A stretch of DNA of 64,000 nt, taken from positions 1,364,001 to 1,428,000 of the forward strand of contig NC_043018.1 in the NCBI RefSeq assembly GCF_006345805.1, written 5' to 3'. Below are positions 12,961 to 27,323 of the stretch, piece by piece; position 1 is the stretch's first letter; the number at the start of each line of letters is the position of its first letter. The DNA is from Octopus sinensis. Its lineage: Eukaryota. The notes under the pieces were generated by a model. The model made no database searches and was not told the DNA's origin. It was given only the letters and a program-made list of their open reading frames with translations. Position numbers and translations under genes: made by a program.

Positions 12961-13200
12961 CATTTCATCACATAGTAATAATAGCCCTTTCTATAAAGGC
13001 TCAAGGTCTGTGATTTTGCGGGTAGGGACTAGTCGATTGCATTGAGCCCAGTGCTTTAATAGTACTTGATTTATAAACCCCGAAGGGATTAAAGTGAAGT
13101 CAACGTCGGTGGAATTTGAACTCAGAATGTAAAGCCGGACGAAAATATCGTTAAGCACGTTAAACGGCATGCTAACGATCTCACAAGCTCACAGCCTTAT

Positions 13201-13425
13201 ACTCTTTTACTCTCTTTTACTTGTTTCAGTCATTTGACTGCGGCCATGCTGGAGCACCGCCTTTAATCGAGCAAATCGACCCCAGGACTTATTTTTTTGT
13301 AAGCCCAGTACTTATTCTATCGGTCTCTTTTGCCGAACCGCTAAATAACGGGGACATAAACACACCAGCATCGGTTGTCAAGCAATGCTAGTGGGACAAA
13401 CACAGACACACAAACACACACACGC

Positions 13426-13471
<46 letters not shown>

Positions 13472-13635
13472 TACGACGGGCTTCTTTCAGTTTCCGTCTA
13501 CCAAATCCACTCACAAGGCTTTGGTCGGCCCGAGGCTATAGTAGAAGACACTTGCCCAAGGTGCCACGCAGTGGGACTGAACCCAGAACCATGTGGTTGG
13601 TAAACAAGCTACTTACCACACAGCCACTCCTGCGC
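13201..13635 (-). mobile_element. SINE A, full length
   Basis: Reverse complement of the family A pattern. Other full or near-full copies: 32451-32855(+), 32963-33445(+), 39426-39845(-), 45258-45689(-). Confidence 0.9.
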
Positions 13636-14759
13636 ATGTAAATAATGTTAATGTCGTGGTTAATGTTGCAGCAGTGTGTGCTACTTACGCTGTTTTATTT
13701 GCCTTGCGCTTTTTGTGACGTTGTTAGGCTGCGATGTTGTTTCTGCGTTTTATGCCGTTGCAGTTTGTGTTGGTGACGTTTTAATGTTTGTTGTTAATAA
13801 TTTTATGGCTGCCGATGTTTTTGTTCTACGTGTTTTTTATACTTGTTTCAGTTCCTTTTTGTTGCTGTAGTTGTTATTGATGCTCTCTCCCCATTAATAC
13901 CTCTATTTGAACTTGTTGCATGATTTGCTGTTTATGTAGTTTTTGCTAATAATATCATTGTTTTGTTGGTTGTTCAGGATTTTGTGATCGTTGTTGTTAA
14001 ATTAGCAAATTCTGATGTTGTTTTACTAGCTGATGCACTTTATGCCATAGTTGTTATTCTTTTCGTTGTTATTGCTGTTGTTCCTATTGCTGCTTTTGTT
14101 CTTGATACTTTGCCAGTAAAATCTGGAGTTGCAAATTTCCCTTTCAAAGTACGTCTTGGTCTGCACATCTAAGATTAAATATCTTTCATCCCCAGCCATT
14201 ATGCAATTGTTATTACGCAGTAGGCTGTGATGGAAGTGAGATTTGGCTATATTTCCTAATGAAATGAGGCTCCCTGGTTGGTACGTTGCAGTTCCTTAAC
14301 TTGTTATCATTGCATAACCCTTGTTACAGCTGGATCGAATCGAACTTTCATTCAAATCATCTCATCGTTTATCATCATGTCATGCTAGAAATATATATTG
14401 CACCATATCATTTCAAAGTAACCATTTCTTAATTAAAGACAACAGCATCTGAACTGAGAGAGAATTTTAATGTAATATCTAGGAAGACTCTACGAAGTGG
14501 TATTTGACGATTCGTTCTTATAATTCCATTTTCTTCTCCAGTTTCTGATGCTGCTACTGCTGTTGTTGCTGTCTTTGTTGTTTTCTATGATTGGAACAAT
14601 CAGTAACACGTCAGGAATATTTATTATGACACCTTACGTCCTGCGTTCAGACCCGTTAGCATCTGGTTTGTATTTCATCGTGGTGGAGTAGATACAGATA
14701 AAACACCAAGTCAAATACACCATCCGCCGCAATCGTTTACCATATCCTAGCGAGTCGGT

Positions 14760-15313
14760 AGAAGATATCGTTCGAACGAACGCCAAGCTTAGAGAAGTAA
14801 GTACTGAGATTGCTTGCTTTCAAGAGAGTGCAACAATCAATGCTCAAGTATACCGGCAGCAATTAGAGCGTTTGAACCAAGCCTTGAATAAAAATGACCT
14901 TCTTTAGTAAATCCAAAGGGAGAGATTTTTCATCTGGACAATGCGTGACCCCACACTGCAAAGATCACATCACATAACATCGATGAGCTTGATTGGGAAA
15001 AACTTCCTCATCCACATTATTCTCCCAACCTTGCTCCTTCAGACTACCATTTGTTTCGTAGTTTGCAGAATAATTTGGGGGGGGGGCATAACTTTCGCAA
15101 GCCAAAGAGGTGGTCGAAACTGAGATTTCAGAGTTATTCGCTTTGAAACCAAAAGAGTTTTACATTGATGGGATTAAAAAGCTTGTAAATAGATGGAAGG
15201 AAATCATAGACAATCAGGGAAAGTATATTGATGATTAAATTTCAATGGAATATAACATTTGCTCACTTGTTTTCTTTATTCAAAATTCGGACAGAACTTA
15301 TGTGATGACCTGA
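14760..15313 (+). pseudogene. mariner transposase 3' relic with right TIR
   Basis: HLDNA*PHTAK...LDWEKLPHPHYSPNLAPSDYHLFRSLQNNL...RWKEIIDNQGKYIDD*. TIR-like ggacagaacttatgtgatgacctga followed by TA. Confidence 0.85.
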
Positions 15314-15592
15314 TATATATAAGTCGCGTCTTGTCCTTACCTTCGAACGCAGAGTAGACGAAACAGGGACAACTGAACAAGGGGATTATTTCTTGTGTTG
15401 TATATCTTGTATTCTGCTTTATCGTTGTTTGAAAAAAGTTCGTTTCCATGGTTTTGTTTTTATGTTTTCGTTTCTCATTGTGTTCAACGTTTGTTTGATG
15501 TCGTGTATCCATATATGCATATATATATACATACAGATGTAGGTGTGTACATATATGTATGTATATAGGCATATATTTATATATTATTTATA

Positions 15593-15656
<64 letters not shown>

Positions 15657-16532
15657 AGATAAAGGTATCACTTACAATATCTATTGGAAGATGTTAACTA
15701 AGTGTAAGGCCTACACTAACGGCAGTGGAAAGTGTGGCCTTTCTGATATGGAAAGATGGCTCATCTAGAAAAGCAGCTTAGACCCCCACCATATGTCTAA
15801 ATTCGAGAACTGAACTTTTCGGATCATGTCCAGATATGGCTAAATATTTGTTACGTTTTTGGTCCCCCACCCCAAGTTTAGAGATAGGACTCGCTTTGTA
15901 TATTGTGTCCACATACAAGCTTCTTCTCTCTATATAATTTTTACTTATATTTCTTAAACATTTCTTCTATATTTTTACATATTTATACAGATATTGGTAT
16001 ATAGTTTTATTGCTCATATATTTTTTACACACCCTGCATTTTTCCTGTGCGTATATAAACGTGTATATGGATTTTTTGTGCAGATCTCTTGATGCGTGCA
16101 TGTGCGCGAGTATGTGCGTATATAGTTGTGTGTGCGTGCATGCGAGTATGTGCCTATATAGATGCGTTCTAATCTTATTGCATATTTTTTACACATTTTT
16201 CTGTATTTTGCCTTTAGCCCTGTTGTGTCTTGTGCATGTGCGTATATGAACCTTTTTCGTATGTATGAACCTTCCTTTTTCGTGCGTCTATGTGTGTGTG
16301 TTTCAAGTGAGGGTGGATGAGTATATACATTTAGACGCAGGTACGTGGGTGTGCTAGTGCACATGTGTATGTACGGACATGTGCACTTTCCGCGATTACT
16401 ATGAACATTTTTACTCCCTTACCTTTACTGCCTCCCCTTACTTAGTAGCTCTTTTGTCTTAGTAACGGTCAGTCACACAGTAACTTCCCATTGTTTAACG
16501 GTCGTTTTCATAGCATCTTTTTCGATCGCCTG

Positions 16533-16591
16533 ATAACTGAAGAGATGCCGGCGTGGGTTTCCGCCCCGACATCCGAAACTCGAAGTTTTAT
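16533..16591 (+). ncRNA. Type I hammerhead motif with intact catalytic core
   Basis: ATAA-CTGAAGA-GATG(...)CATC-C-GAAAC-TCGAA-GTT-TTAT. Stem I ATAA/TTAT; cleavage triplet GUU. Confidence 0.7.
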
Positions 16592-16627
16592 AATGGCTAA
16601 CGAATAATTGTCACATATTATATTTAC

Positions 16628-16715
<88 letters not shown>

Positions 16716-16747
16716 TATGTATTTTTATTTTATTTTTTATTTTTTAT

Positions 16748-16789
16748 CTAGTTTCAGCTCACAAGCTGTGGCCATGCTGGGGCACCGCC
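16748..16789 (-). mobile_element. Isolated 3' tail of the CR1-like LINE
   Basis: ctagtttcagctcacaagctgtggccatgctggggcacc matches 42984-43022 with one mismatch. Confidence 0.75.
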
Positions 16790-18068
16790 ATTTAGAGGTA
16801 TAAATATGTATGTATAATATGAGTATATATATACATGCATATATATATGTATGTACATATATGTGTGTGCGTGTGTGTATGTCTGTGTGTGTGTGTGTGT
16901 GTATTGACGGTTTTACCGTGTCAATAGCTGAGCAGTCAGCAAACGTCTGTTTCCTTGAGCCCCTCTGAGTAAATATCACTGTTGCTCAACGTGAATTAGG
17001 TGTTGCGCATTCTGTACCGAAATTTTTTGTACACATCCAAGGCATCGAAAGCTAATAAATAATTTTTAATTTCGCTGACCTCTGAGAAATTACAGCTACG
17101 ATGTTTCTCAAAGGACAACTGAACGCATTATACTAAACTGTTCATGTTTGGAACCGGTCTGACTATATGTCCGTTTAAGCAGAATTTAAACAACAGCATT
17201 GTATTTCCTGCATTGCAGAATATATTTGTTCAGAATCTTATTAGCTTTCTGTTTTCGCTACATGTCAACAAAAAAATCACCAAATGTATGATTTATTTCA
17301 TTGAAGTTACTTTTTTTAAAAAAAAATATACAATTAGCATGTATGAATTTTTAATTTTTGAAAATCAAGAAATAAAATATTTCAACAAAAAGAATAAGGA
17401 ATAATATTTTCTGAATTTTTCAAATATGACAAGGACTACAAAATTAACAGTTATGATAATATAAAAAAAAAAAAAAAAAAAATAGTTTATGATTTTAAAA
17501 TTTTCCAGATTATTAAAGATTATTTCTTGTCTATTTCGAGTGACAGTATTAATGAAGGAATTTTTGGAAAAAAAAAAAAAAAAAAACAGTGAAACAAATT
17601 GTGTTTTATATTCCCAAGATAGTATTTAGGAATTGCAGTTCGTATTAGCTTTAATCATATTAATAATTCTTTAATAGCTCGGAGACTGATTAGATTTTCA
17701 GGAAAGTAAAACATGATGGAATTGGCTGCAATTAAATTTGAGACCAATTAGATAAATAATTTGACAAAGCATGGAAATTTGGAATATTTTAAGAAGTTTA
17801 CACGCATTTCTAACTTCCTCAAACAGAATTTCGTTTCAATCGTTTTCGCGTCAATTTTGAACTTTCATGAATCCTTCTCCCCACCATTTCGTTCATATGT
17901 TTTCTCCGCTCTTTCTTCCCTGACTTTTTGCTCTGTATGTATAATATGTAGAGAGTGAGAGAGTAAGTGACAGACATACATAAATACATACATACATATT
18001 ATACATATACATATACATACATACATGCGTACATATATATTTACATACATACATGCATACATATATAT

Positions 18069-18104
<36 letters not shown>

Positions 18105-18111
<7 letters not shown>

Positions 18112-18415
18112 TCGCCGTGTTGATTCGCTAGCTTCTGCACGCATTTTTTCTCTCTCCTTGTTTCTCTCCGTGTTTCTTTTCTGTGTATCTTTCTGTTGAA
18201 GAGCGTAGGCTCGAAACGTAAAATTCTTGTTTTATTTATATTCCTGAGCGCCATACTAATACAATTGTTTGTTTGTATTCCACCTGCCTTCGTCTTTTAG
18301 CAGACATGAAACATTTGTAGTGGCGGTTTATTTAATTTATATTAAAATTTTATGTATTGATTAAGTCTTTCCTTGTTTGGTTTTAAAATAGTGGTTTTGT
18401 CTCGAATTATATTAT
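18105..18415 (+). mobile_element. PLE-like terminal fragment with a degenerate hammerhead (18190-18223)
   Basis: ttt-CTGTTGA-a-GAGC(gtag)GCTC-GAAAC-GTA-aaa. The end at 18344-18415 matches the arm of the 40559-40737 hairpin. Flanked by (TA)n. Confidence 0.65.
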
Positions 18416-19053
18416 ATATATATATATATATATAATAACACCAAGGATATAGAACATTTATTTGTAATCATATATGTGGATGTATATATGTATAAGTATA
18501 GTTGTATTTCTTAGTGCATGTGTTTGTCCCGCATCACCTTTTGACACACGGATTTGGTGCAATTGTGTTCATATAACCTAGTAGTTCCGCAAAAGAGAAC
18601 AGGCAGCATAAGTAGCAGGTTTAAGAAATAGGAAATAAATAACCAGTGTTGACTCATTCGACTAAAATTTTTCAAGACAGTGCCCCAGCTTAACTACAAT
18701 ATATATTCACATACATCTTATACTTACTTGTTTCAGTAATTAAAGGCGGCCATGCAGGAGCGCCGCGTCGAACAAATTGACCCAATGACTTATTCTTTGT
18801 AAGACTGGTACTTATTGTATTGGTCTTTTTGCCGATCCGCTTGCTGACTGATATGTAAACACACCAACATCGGCCGTAGGCGGGGTGGGGCAAAGTACAG
18901 GCACAAAAGGCTCTTGTCAGCCCGAGAATATAGAAGAAGACATTTGCCGAAAGATGCCACGCAGTGGGACTAAACCCGCGTCCATGTGGTTGGTTAGACA
19001 AACTTTTTCCCACACAGATACATCTACATGTATGTGTATACATATACATATAA

Positions 19054-19126
<73 letters not shown>

Positions 19127-19405
19127 GTGTATATATATATATTATATATATCTATAGTATTATATATATATATATATAATATGTATATTCTATATACCAT
19201 ACATACATCCATACATACCTACATACTACATACTACATACTACATACATACATACATCCATACTATAAATTTATATAGGTTAGGGAGAGAGAGAAACATA
19301 TACGTATATATAGTTTTGCATGAGTATGTATAAATATATTTACGTATGTAGGTATGTGCTTCCCGACATCCATTCGAACATACACACTCGCATTTTAGTG
19401 TAAGG

Positions 19406-19505
19406 NNNNNNNNNNNNNNNNNNNNNNNNNNNNNNNNNNNNNNNNNNNNNNNNNNNNNNNNNNNNNNNNNNNNNNNNNNNNNNNNNNNNNNNNNNNNNNN
19501 NNNNN
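19406..19505. other. Assembly gap (100 N)
   Basis: Run of N between microsatellite-rich flanks. Confidence 1.
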
Positions 19506-19517
19506 TATATATGTATA

Positions 19518-19633
<116 letters not shown>

Positions 19634-19706
19634 TATATATATATATATTATATATGTATATATATTTGTGTTGTGTGTGTTTAATATATGTAATATATAT
19701 ATATAA

Positions 19707-19795
<89 letters not shown>

Positions 19796-20099
19796 CAGAT
19801 ATATACATGTACAGACACACTACGCGGTGTGTTCTAAAAATGGATTCACACATTCAATGATTATACGTCAATGTGTTTATTAAATTAAATTTCAATTCCA
19901 AAATTTAATAGGATCTACAGACAGATTTTTTTATATTTATTTTCATGAATTTCTCTTTTCACACTGTTGGTTGTTTTGCTTAAGGCCTTGCTGATACTTT
20001 GTAATGGAATTGCAAACTTCAAGAAGCAATTTATTCAGTACTTTTGCATATCATTGTCAACGGCTGACCTCAATTCGTAGAATGTAGCCGATTTGTACT

Positions 20100-20512
20100 G
20101 TAATCTATAATTCTTTATTGTCCACGAGGGGCTGCAGTTAGAGGGGACAGACAAAAGAACTAAATCGATTACATCCACCCGAGAGCGTAACTGGTACTTA
20201 TTTAATCAACCCAGAAAGGATGAAAGGCAACGTCGACCTCGGTGGAGTTTGAACTCAGAGTGTAGCGGCAGACGAAATACCTATTTCTTTACAACCCTCA
20301 AGGGGCTAAACACAGAGGGGACAAACAGGGACAGACGAAAGGATTAAGTAGATTATATCGACCCCAGTGCGTAACTAGTACTTATTTCATCGACCCCGAA
20401 AGGATGAAAGACAAAGTCGACCTCGGCAGAATGTGAACTCAGAAAGTAACTGCAGACAAAATGTTGCTAAGCATTTCGTCCGGCGTGCTAACCATTCTGC
20501 CACATCTCCGCC
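20100..20512 (-). mobile_element. SINE B head-to-tail dimer
   Basis: Minus strand: a full unit, then aaagaaata|ggtatttcgtctgccgctac... begins the second unit. Confidence 0.85.
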
Positions 20513-20914
20513 TACTGTACCGTAATATCTCTTTTTATTCTTTTATTTATTTCATGCATGTGACTGTGGCCATGCGCGACCACCACCTTTAGTCGAGCAA
20601 CTCGACACCAGGACTTATTCTTTGTAAGCCTAGTACTTATTCTATCGGTTTCTTTTGCCGAACTGCTATGTTACGGGGACGTAAACAAACCAGCTTCGAT
20701 TGTCAAGCGATGTTGGGGGAACAAACATAGGCACACAAACATATTCACATACCTACACACACACACACGCACACACACAAACACATACATACACACACAC
20801 ACATAAATATATATATATACGATGGGCTTCTTTCAGTTTCCGTCTACCAAATCTCTCTCTATATATATAACATAATTATGTATATATTATATATATATAT
20901 ACGTATAATATGAA

Positions 20915-20949
<35 letters not shown>

Positions 20950-21490
20950 GTATATATATATATTATATATATGTATATATTATATATATACATATGCATA
21001 TGTATACATATATATGTATGTAATAAATAATATATATATATACGCATATGTATATTACATACATATATATATATATATTTACATACATATATGTGTATGT
21101 ATGTACGTATATATGCATGTATTTCCATAGTTACGTTACTAATTGAGTGATATGAGATTAGATACGATCCACCAGGCAAGAATCTCGTATTTCGCTGAGC
21201 CAAGGGTTCCGATGTAAGCCTTGTGTTGGTGTGGTGAAACTAATGCCACACATGTGGGCAAATATACTGCGGTATGTTCTCCGTGAAGAGTTGTATGTAG
21301 TGATGGTCGCGGCTGCTTTGGAGGTAGCTGTATATTCGTTATAACGAGCCGGAGCTACGTTTTCATTATCTAATGTAAGGCAAAAGCATTACGTGAATAC
21401 ACAGTTAAGGGTACATACACACAAACAAACACACAAAGATATGTTTTTATGTATGTCTGCATGTAATCATGTTTGTATATGTATGTGTGA

Positions 21491-21527
<37 letters not shown>

Positions 21528-21588
21528 AGAGAGAGTGTGTGTGTGTGTGTGTGAGAGAGAGAGTGTGTGTGCTGGGTGTGTATTTATA

Positions 21589-21636
<48 letters not shown>

Positions 21637-22043
21637 ATATACACAAATACTATATATCTATGTATACACACACAGTGTTGGAAGTACTGAGAGAGACTTA
21701 GTGAAATAGATTGATATATAGGTAAAAATATATACCCGGCCGGAATATTGGATTAATGGAATGGAATATCGGTAGCTATCAAATTACGAAGATGAGGCAG
21801 TACATATTCTCATTTCCTGCATAGTTCCCAGATATTGTTTGAAACAAGCTTGATCATTATAATGATACTCTGTGTATATATACATATACATATGTGTGTG
21901 TGTATACGTATATAAATATATATATATGTGTGTGTGTCTGTGTGTGTGTTTATATGTATATATATATATATATATATAATATATATATATATGTGTGTGT
22001 GTGTGTGTATATGTTAATTCTATATATATATATATGAATGCAT

Positions 22044-22079
<36 letters not shown>

Positions 22080-22111
22080 GAATGTATATACATACATACA
22101 TCAATACATAC

Positions 22112-22196
<85 letters not shown>

Positions 22197-22882
22197 TGTG
22201 TTTTATATAAGCATATAATATCAGATATATTTGTGAATGAGCGTGTATGTATTCGCATACTTAAAATCTACAACACGGTCGCATCCATCGATACAGACAC
22301 GTCCACGTACGGATATGAAGATGTGTTGTGAATGTGTGTATTTGCGTCTGTCCGTGTGTATATGTGTTTGTACATGTTTATATAATACGCACTGCAACTG
22401 AAAAATACGATAAATAATATCTTGATATTGAAAAATATGATAACTTAAATTAATGCATAATGTTTAATTTCACAAATGGTATTGTTAACTTATGTAGCAG
22501 ACAACATAAGTGCTGCTTTCTCTTGTAGATCTTTTTCTGAATTGCATTGCTCTCATCCTTGATGGTCAGATAATGGCATATACACGTAGATTAGCTTAAT
22601 CTATACTGCCACTATTCCAACTATGTCAATATTTTATCGATCGGCATTAGTGAGATTGGTATATACCCAGAAAAATATAAACGTACGTGAAAACATATGG
22701 GTAATATCGCTCTACATATATATTTGCATATATATATAGGTATATACATTCACACACACACACATATATATATGTTTGTGTGTGTGCCTGTATGTGAGTG
22801 TATATATACATACATATATATACATATGTATGTATGAATACACACACACACACACACACCACACACACACACAACACACACA

Positions 22883-22929
<47 letters not shown>

Positions 22930-23081
22930 ATATATATTTATGCGCAGGCGTGGCTGTTTCATAGGGATTTTTCTTCCCGGCCACACAGTTTCGGGTTGAG
23001 TCTCACTGCGTGGGCCTAGATCGAGTAGTATGTTCTATAGCCTTCGGCTTGCAAAAGCCTTGTAAGTTGACGAATATATAA

Positions 23082-23113
<32 letters not shown>

Positions 23114-24102
23114 GCACTCATATGTATGTGTTTATATTTGTATGAATATTTATATTGCATTGTATTTCATGCATAATTAATGCTCCTGACAATCACAAAT
23201 TTAATAAGATATAACTATGTGAAACCCAGAAGATAATATAAATTAATAATTAATATTATTTTAATTAGCTTTTGTGGAAATTCCCTTAGCATAATATAAT
23301 CATATGATGCATTCCCAGTACAATTGCGTATTCGACATTGGTTTATCCAACATGTGGTATACCTGATAATATAATGTTTCTTTGCATTTGTTCGCGATGC
23401 TGAATGCCTGTAACAACCTGATGCCCATCTTCAATATATTACCTGTAATAGTGGAGGTTCAATGGCTCAGTGGTCAGGGCAGCGGACTCGCGGTCGTTGT
23501 GAGTGTTTATTGAGCAAAAAATCCCAAAGCTCCACGATGTTCCGACAGGGGATGGTAGCGAACCTTGTTGTACTCTTTCACCACAAATTTCTCCCCACCC
23601 TTTCTTCATGTTTCTGTTGTGCGTCTATTTCAAAGGGCCAGCCTTGTCACAATCAGTGTCACGCTGAATCTCTCCGTGAACTACGTTACGGGTTCACGTG
23701 TCTGTGAGGTATTACGCATATAATACTTTAAAGCATTATCTGTAGATTATATCTACTAGTTCGTGCCCTCTGCAACAGCAAGAAGTTAAATAACACCAGT
23801 GAAATTTCTTTGATCTTCTTCTCACAACTGAATTGGTTTTCGTTTTGTTTTTTTTCTGAAGAGGAAAACTTCCCCTCCGAACTCTGGCGATTACTTGCTT
23901 TCTTTCATTTGATAAAGATATTTTTTCTTGAAATAGTTTAGAATAGAAATTATAAACTATATAACGTAATGCGATTACTTTTCTTGTATTTACTTATATA
24001 CCACATCGTATTTATTTTGTGAAACGTCTTCCTACATTTTTCAAAAGTCTTCAAACATACTCTTTTGCATAAGTTTGTAATAGTAGTCACTGTAATATGA
24101 TA

Positions 24103-24490
24103 GTGGAGGCGCAATGGCCCAGTGGTTAGGGCAGCGGACTCGCGGTCATAGGATCGCGGTTTCGATTCTCAGACCGGGCCTTGTGAGTGTTTATTGAGCG
24201 AAAACACCTAAAGCTCCACGAGGCTCTGGCAGGGGATGGTGGTGATCCCTGCTGTACTCTTTCACCACAACTTTCTCTCACTCTTACTTCCTGTTTCTGT
24301 TGTACCTGTATTTCAAGGGGCCGGCCTTGTCACTCTCTGTGTCACGCTGAATATCCCCGAGAACTACGTTAAGGGTGCACGTGTCTGTGGAGTGCTCAGC
24401 CACTTACACGTTAATTTCTCGAGCAGGCTGTTCCGTTGATTCAGATCAACCGGAACCCTCATCGTCGTAACCGACGGAGTGCTTCCATCC
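24103..24490 (+). mobile_element. SINE C, full length, 11-bp TSD
   Basis: A box TGGCCCAGTGG, B box GGTTTCGATTC; TSD gtaatatgata at 24092-24102 and 24491-24501. Confidence 0.92.
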
Positions 24491-26276
24491 GTAATATGAT
24501 AATAATCCTCTTGTAGGGATTAATTCCATATTTCCTACATAATGAAAAGATATCATATCTTGTGGTTTATAATCTGTCAACAGTTACTGAGAGCCAAGTT
24601 CGCGACAACATCAGGACTGTACCAGTTTATACAGGGTACTTAAATTTATAACATATTTACACAATATATAAAATCTGCTTTCGTCAAATAATCATCTATT
24701 TTCGTTACTGATAATACTGTAATAGTCAAATACAATAATTTTCTTATTCGATTGCTGTTTTAGGTTAAACGAGGGGATAAAATTTATCATTGAGGTATTT
24801 CATCTATAGGTAGTTCAGCTGAAAAGCATAGGCGACTGAACGGTCTCGACTCTGGACTGTGGTTTCAATTTCTCTACATGTGAATTTTTGAATTTCAAAT
24901 CTACCTTAGCGCCCACTTTCTGTCTATTTTTAGAGAAGACCCTTTTCATATGTTTCCCTAAGAAAACCGTCCTCTCTCTGATCTGGCTGATTTTGAATTG
25001 TCAGTGACGCTTCTGACACTTTGCTTTGTTTCAGTTAGGGATGATATATCATGCAAATCCAATTTTATCTCTGAAAAATGATGGTCAGTTTTATCTTCAG
25101 TACACTATCGTTTGACCTTTCAAGGCCCTAACTTGTGCTCCGCTGGCACAGTCCTTAATAACACAGAGACATGCACCCCCACACAGTAACAGCGAGTGTA
25201 CTTTGTAGTAGATGCTTCCTGGTACACCAGAATACCAGGAATGGCTGCTATCTTTCCTCTGAAATTGAAATCCATTTACTTGAAGGGGCACGGGCAAAAT
25301 GAGTCACCCGCATTTGAAGATGTTGGATTAAATTAATTTATATCTATTTTCGCTACTGATAATATTGTGATAGACGAATACAATAATGTTCTTATTCAAT
25401 TGCTGTTTCAGTTTAAATTTATTACAATCTGGTTTTTAGAATGAGCTAGATTTACGGATATATTCTAAATTAGCGCAGGATTAAACACCTTACAAGTTCA
25501 GGTTAATCTTCATGTTTTTTTGTCAGTGTTATGTATGGTAAAAATTTAATTAGCTACACTTATTAAGTCACGCGTAATTTCTTCTGAATAATAATAACAT
25601 ACATATAAAATAAACATGTATATAAAAAGACATACACAGACAAAAATGGTTTATATAAACACATACGTGAATAAACATACGTATGTGTATCAATGTGTTT
25701 GCATATGTGCGTATACATGCATTTATATATATATATAAGTATATGAGTACGTGTGTGTGTATGTGTGTACGTATATCTTTGTACATTTTGATACTTCGCC
25801 AGATGAAATCGCAGTAACTGATCTTAAATTGTCTTTTCACCTTGGTTTCGATTATTTATTTATGTATGCAGCTGTTGATTTCCACTGATACACACTTATG
25901 TACTTGCGTGTGTATGTATTTATATATATATATATATATATATTTATATCTATATAATATATATAATATATTATATATATATATATATAATATATATATA
26001 TATATATGCGCGCACACACAAACACACACACACATATATATAATAAACATGCAGTATATATAGGTGTGTGTGTGCGTGTATGTGTGTGTTTGTGTGTATG
26101 TATATGTGTATGTATGCATTAGGAAAGGGAGAATGCAAGGGCGGGTGTAGGAAGGAGATTATGTCTGTGAGAGAGATGGAGAGAAAGAGAGAGGTAGGTA
26201 GATAGATGGATATATATATATATATATACATATATATATGTGTGTGTATATATATATATATACATATACATATATA

Positions 26277-26354
<78 letters not shown>

Positions 26355-27323
26355 TATATATATATACGTGTGTGTGTGTGTGTGTGTGTATGCTTATAAC
26401 AAAAGAATTATGGACGTTATGGTTTACACTATGCTGTGCTAAAACCTTTTAGCACCTCATCGTTCTACAGACTTGGTGACACTACAGTCTCTCTCCAGGA
26501 ACAATAATGAATTGTAGAACCTTTGAACACTGTTGAATGTGCAAAGAATCTATAATGTATCAATTGAATTGTTATGAACTGTGTTAATTAAACCTCACTC
26601 GAAAATGGTCAATATCTACTTATACGGATGCTGCTGTTCCATGTTTATTAAATTTTACGGCTTACCATTTATTCTAAAAGAATCATAACCAGCATGATAT
26701 TAGGTGGAATATCGTTTCCATACAAGATTTCTAATACGACAATTTGGTCTAGAATCAATTAGACACATACCAGTGCCACGCTTTCTACTTTTAATTATGG
26801 TGTTTCTCTTGTTACACGAACTAAATAAATGTTATAATTATAGTCTCCAAATTTAACTCTCTCTCTCTCTCTCTCTCTCTCTATAAATTACTATGTGAAC
26901 GATATTGATTTTGCTAAGCAAACAGCGTTTGCCATCACCAGGTACATCTGTATATATATAACTACATTCTATAGATGCTTTAATTTACTCTAATAATATT
27001 GATATATTGGTTTATGTAACTGGACGGAAAATTCTTGGACAAATCGCAGTAAGTAATACAATGGATGTGAAATCGTCTAAATATAGAGACGCAGCTCTTT
27101 TGTAGACACCCGCTGATTATGATTGTTAATTGGGTATATACACACAGTATATGGATTTTCATTGGTTATGCGCATAGTGTATAGTTGTTGATTTCATGTA
27201 TCAAAGTGCGTGATTATTCTGCGGATAAAGTGTGTAGAGTTTGACTTGACTGAATGTAGAGAGAGAACTTGTGATTGAAAGTGAATAGATACACATGTAC
27301 AGTTTCTGGACTCTTTATATATA

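Noticed and set aside
13640-14150. Hydrophobic Val/Ala-rich ORFs resembling membrane proteins
   Set aside because: Degenerate GTT/GCT low-complexity DNA, like 10130-11350, with frequent stops.
21150-21380. Non-repetitive stretch with two open minus-strand frames
   Set aside because: No recognisable homology or convincing splice sites, and two open frames argue against coding constraint.
23853-23890. CTGAAGA-GGA...TCC-GAAC
   Set aside because: GAAA is incomplete, and there is no stem III or cleavage triplet.
24103-24175. tRNA gene call for SINE heads
   Set aside because: A and B boxes are present, but there is no complete cloverleaf and the heads continue into SINE bodies with TSDs.
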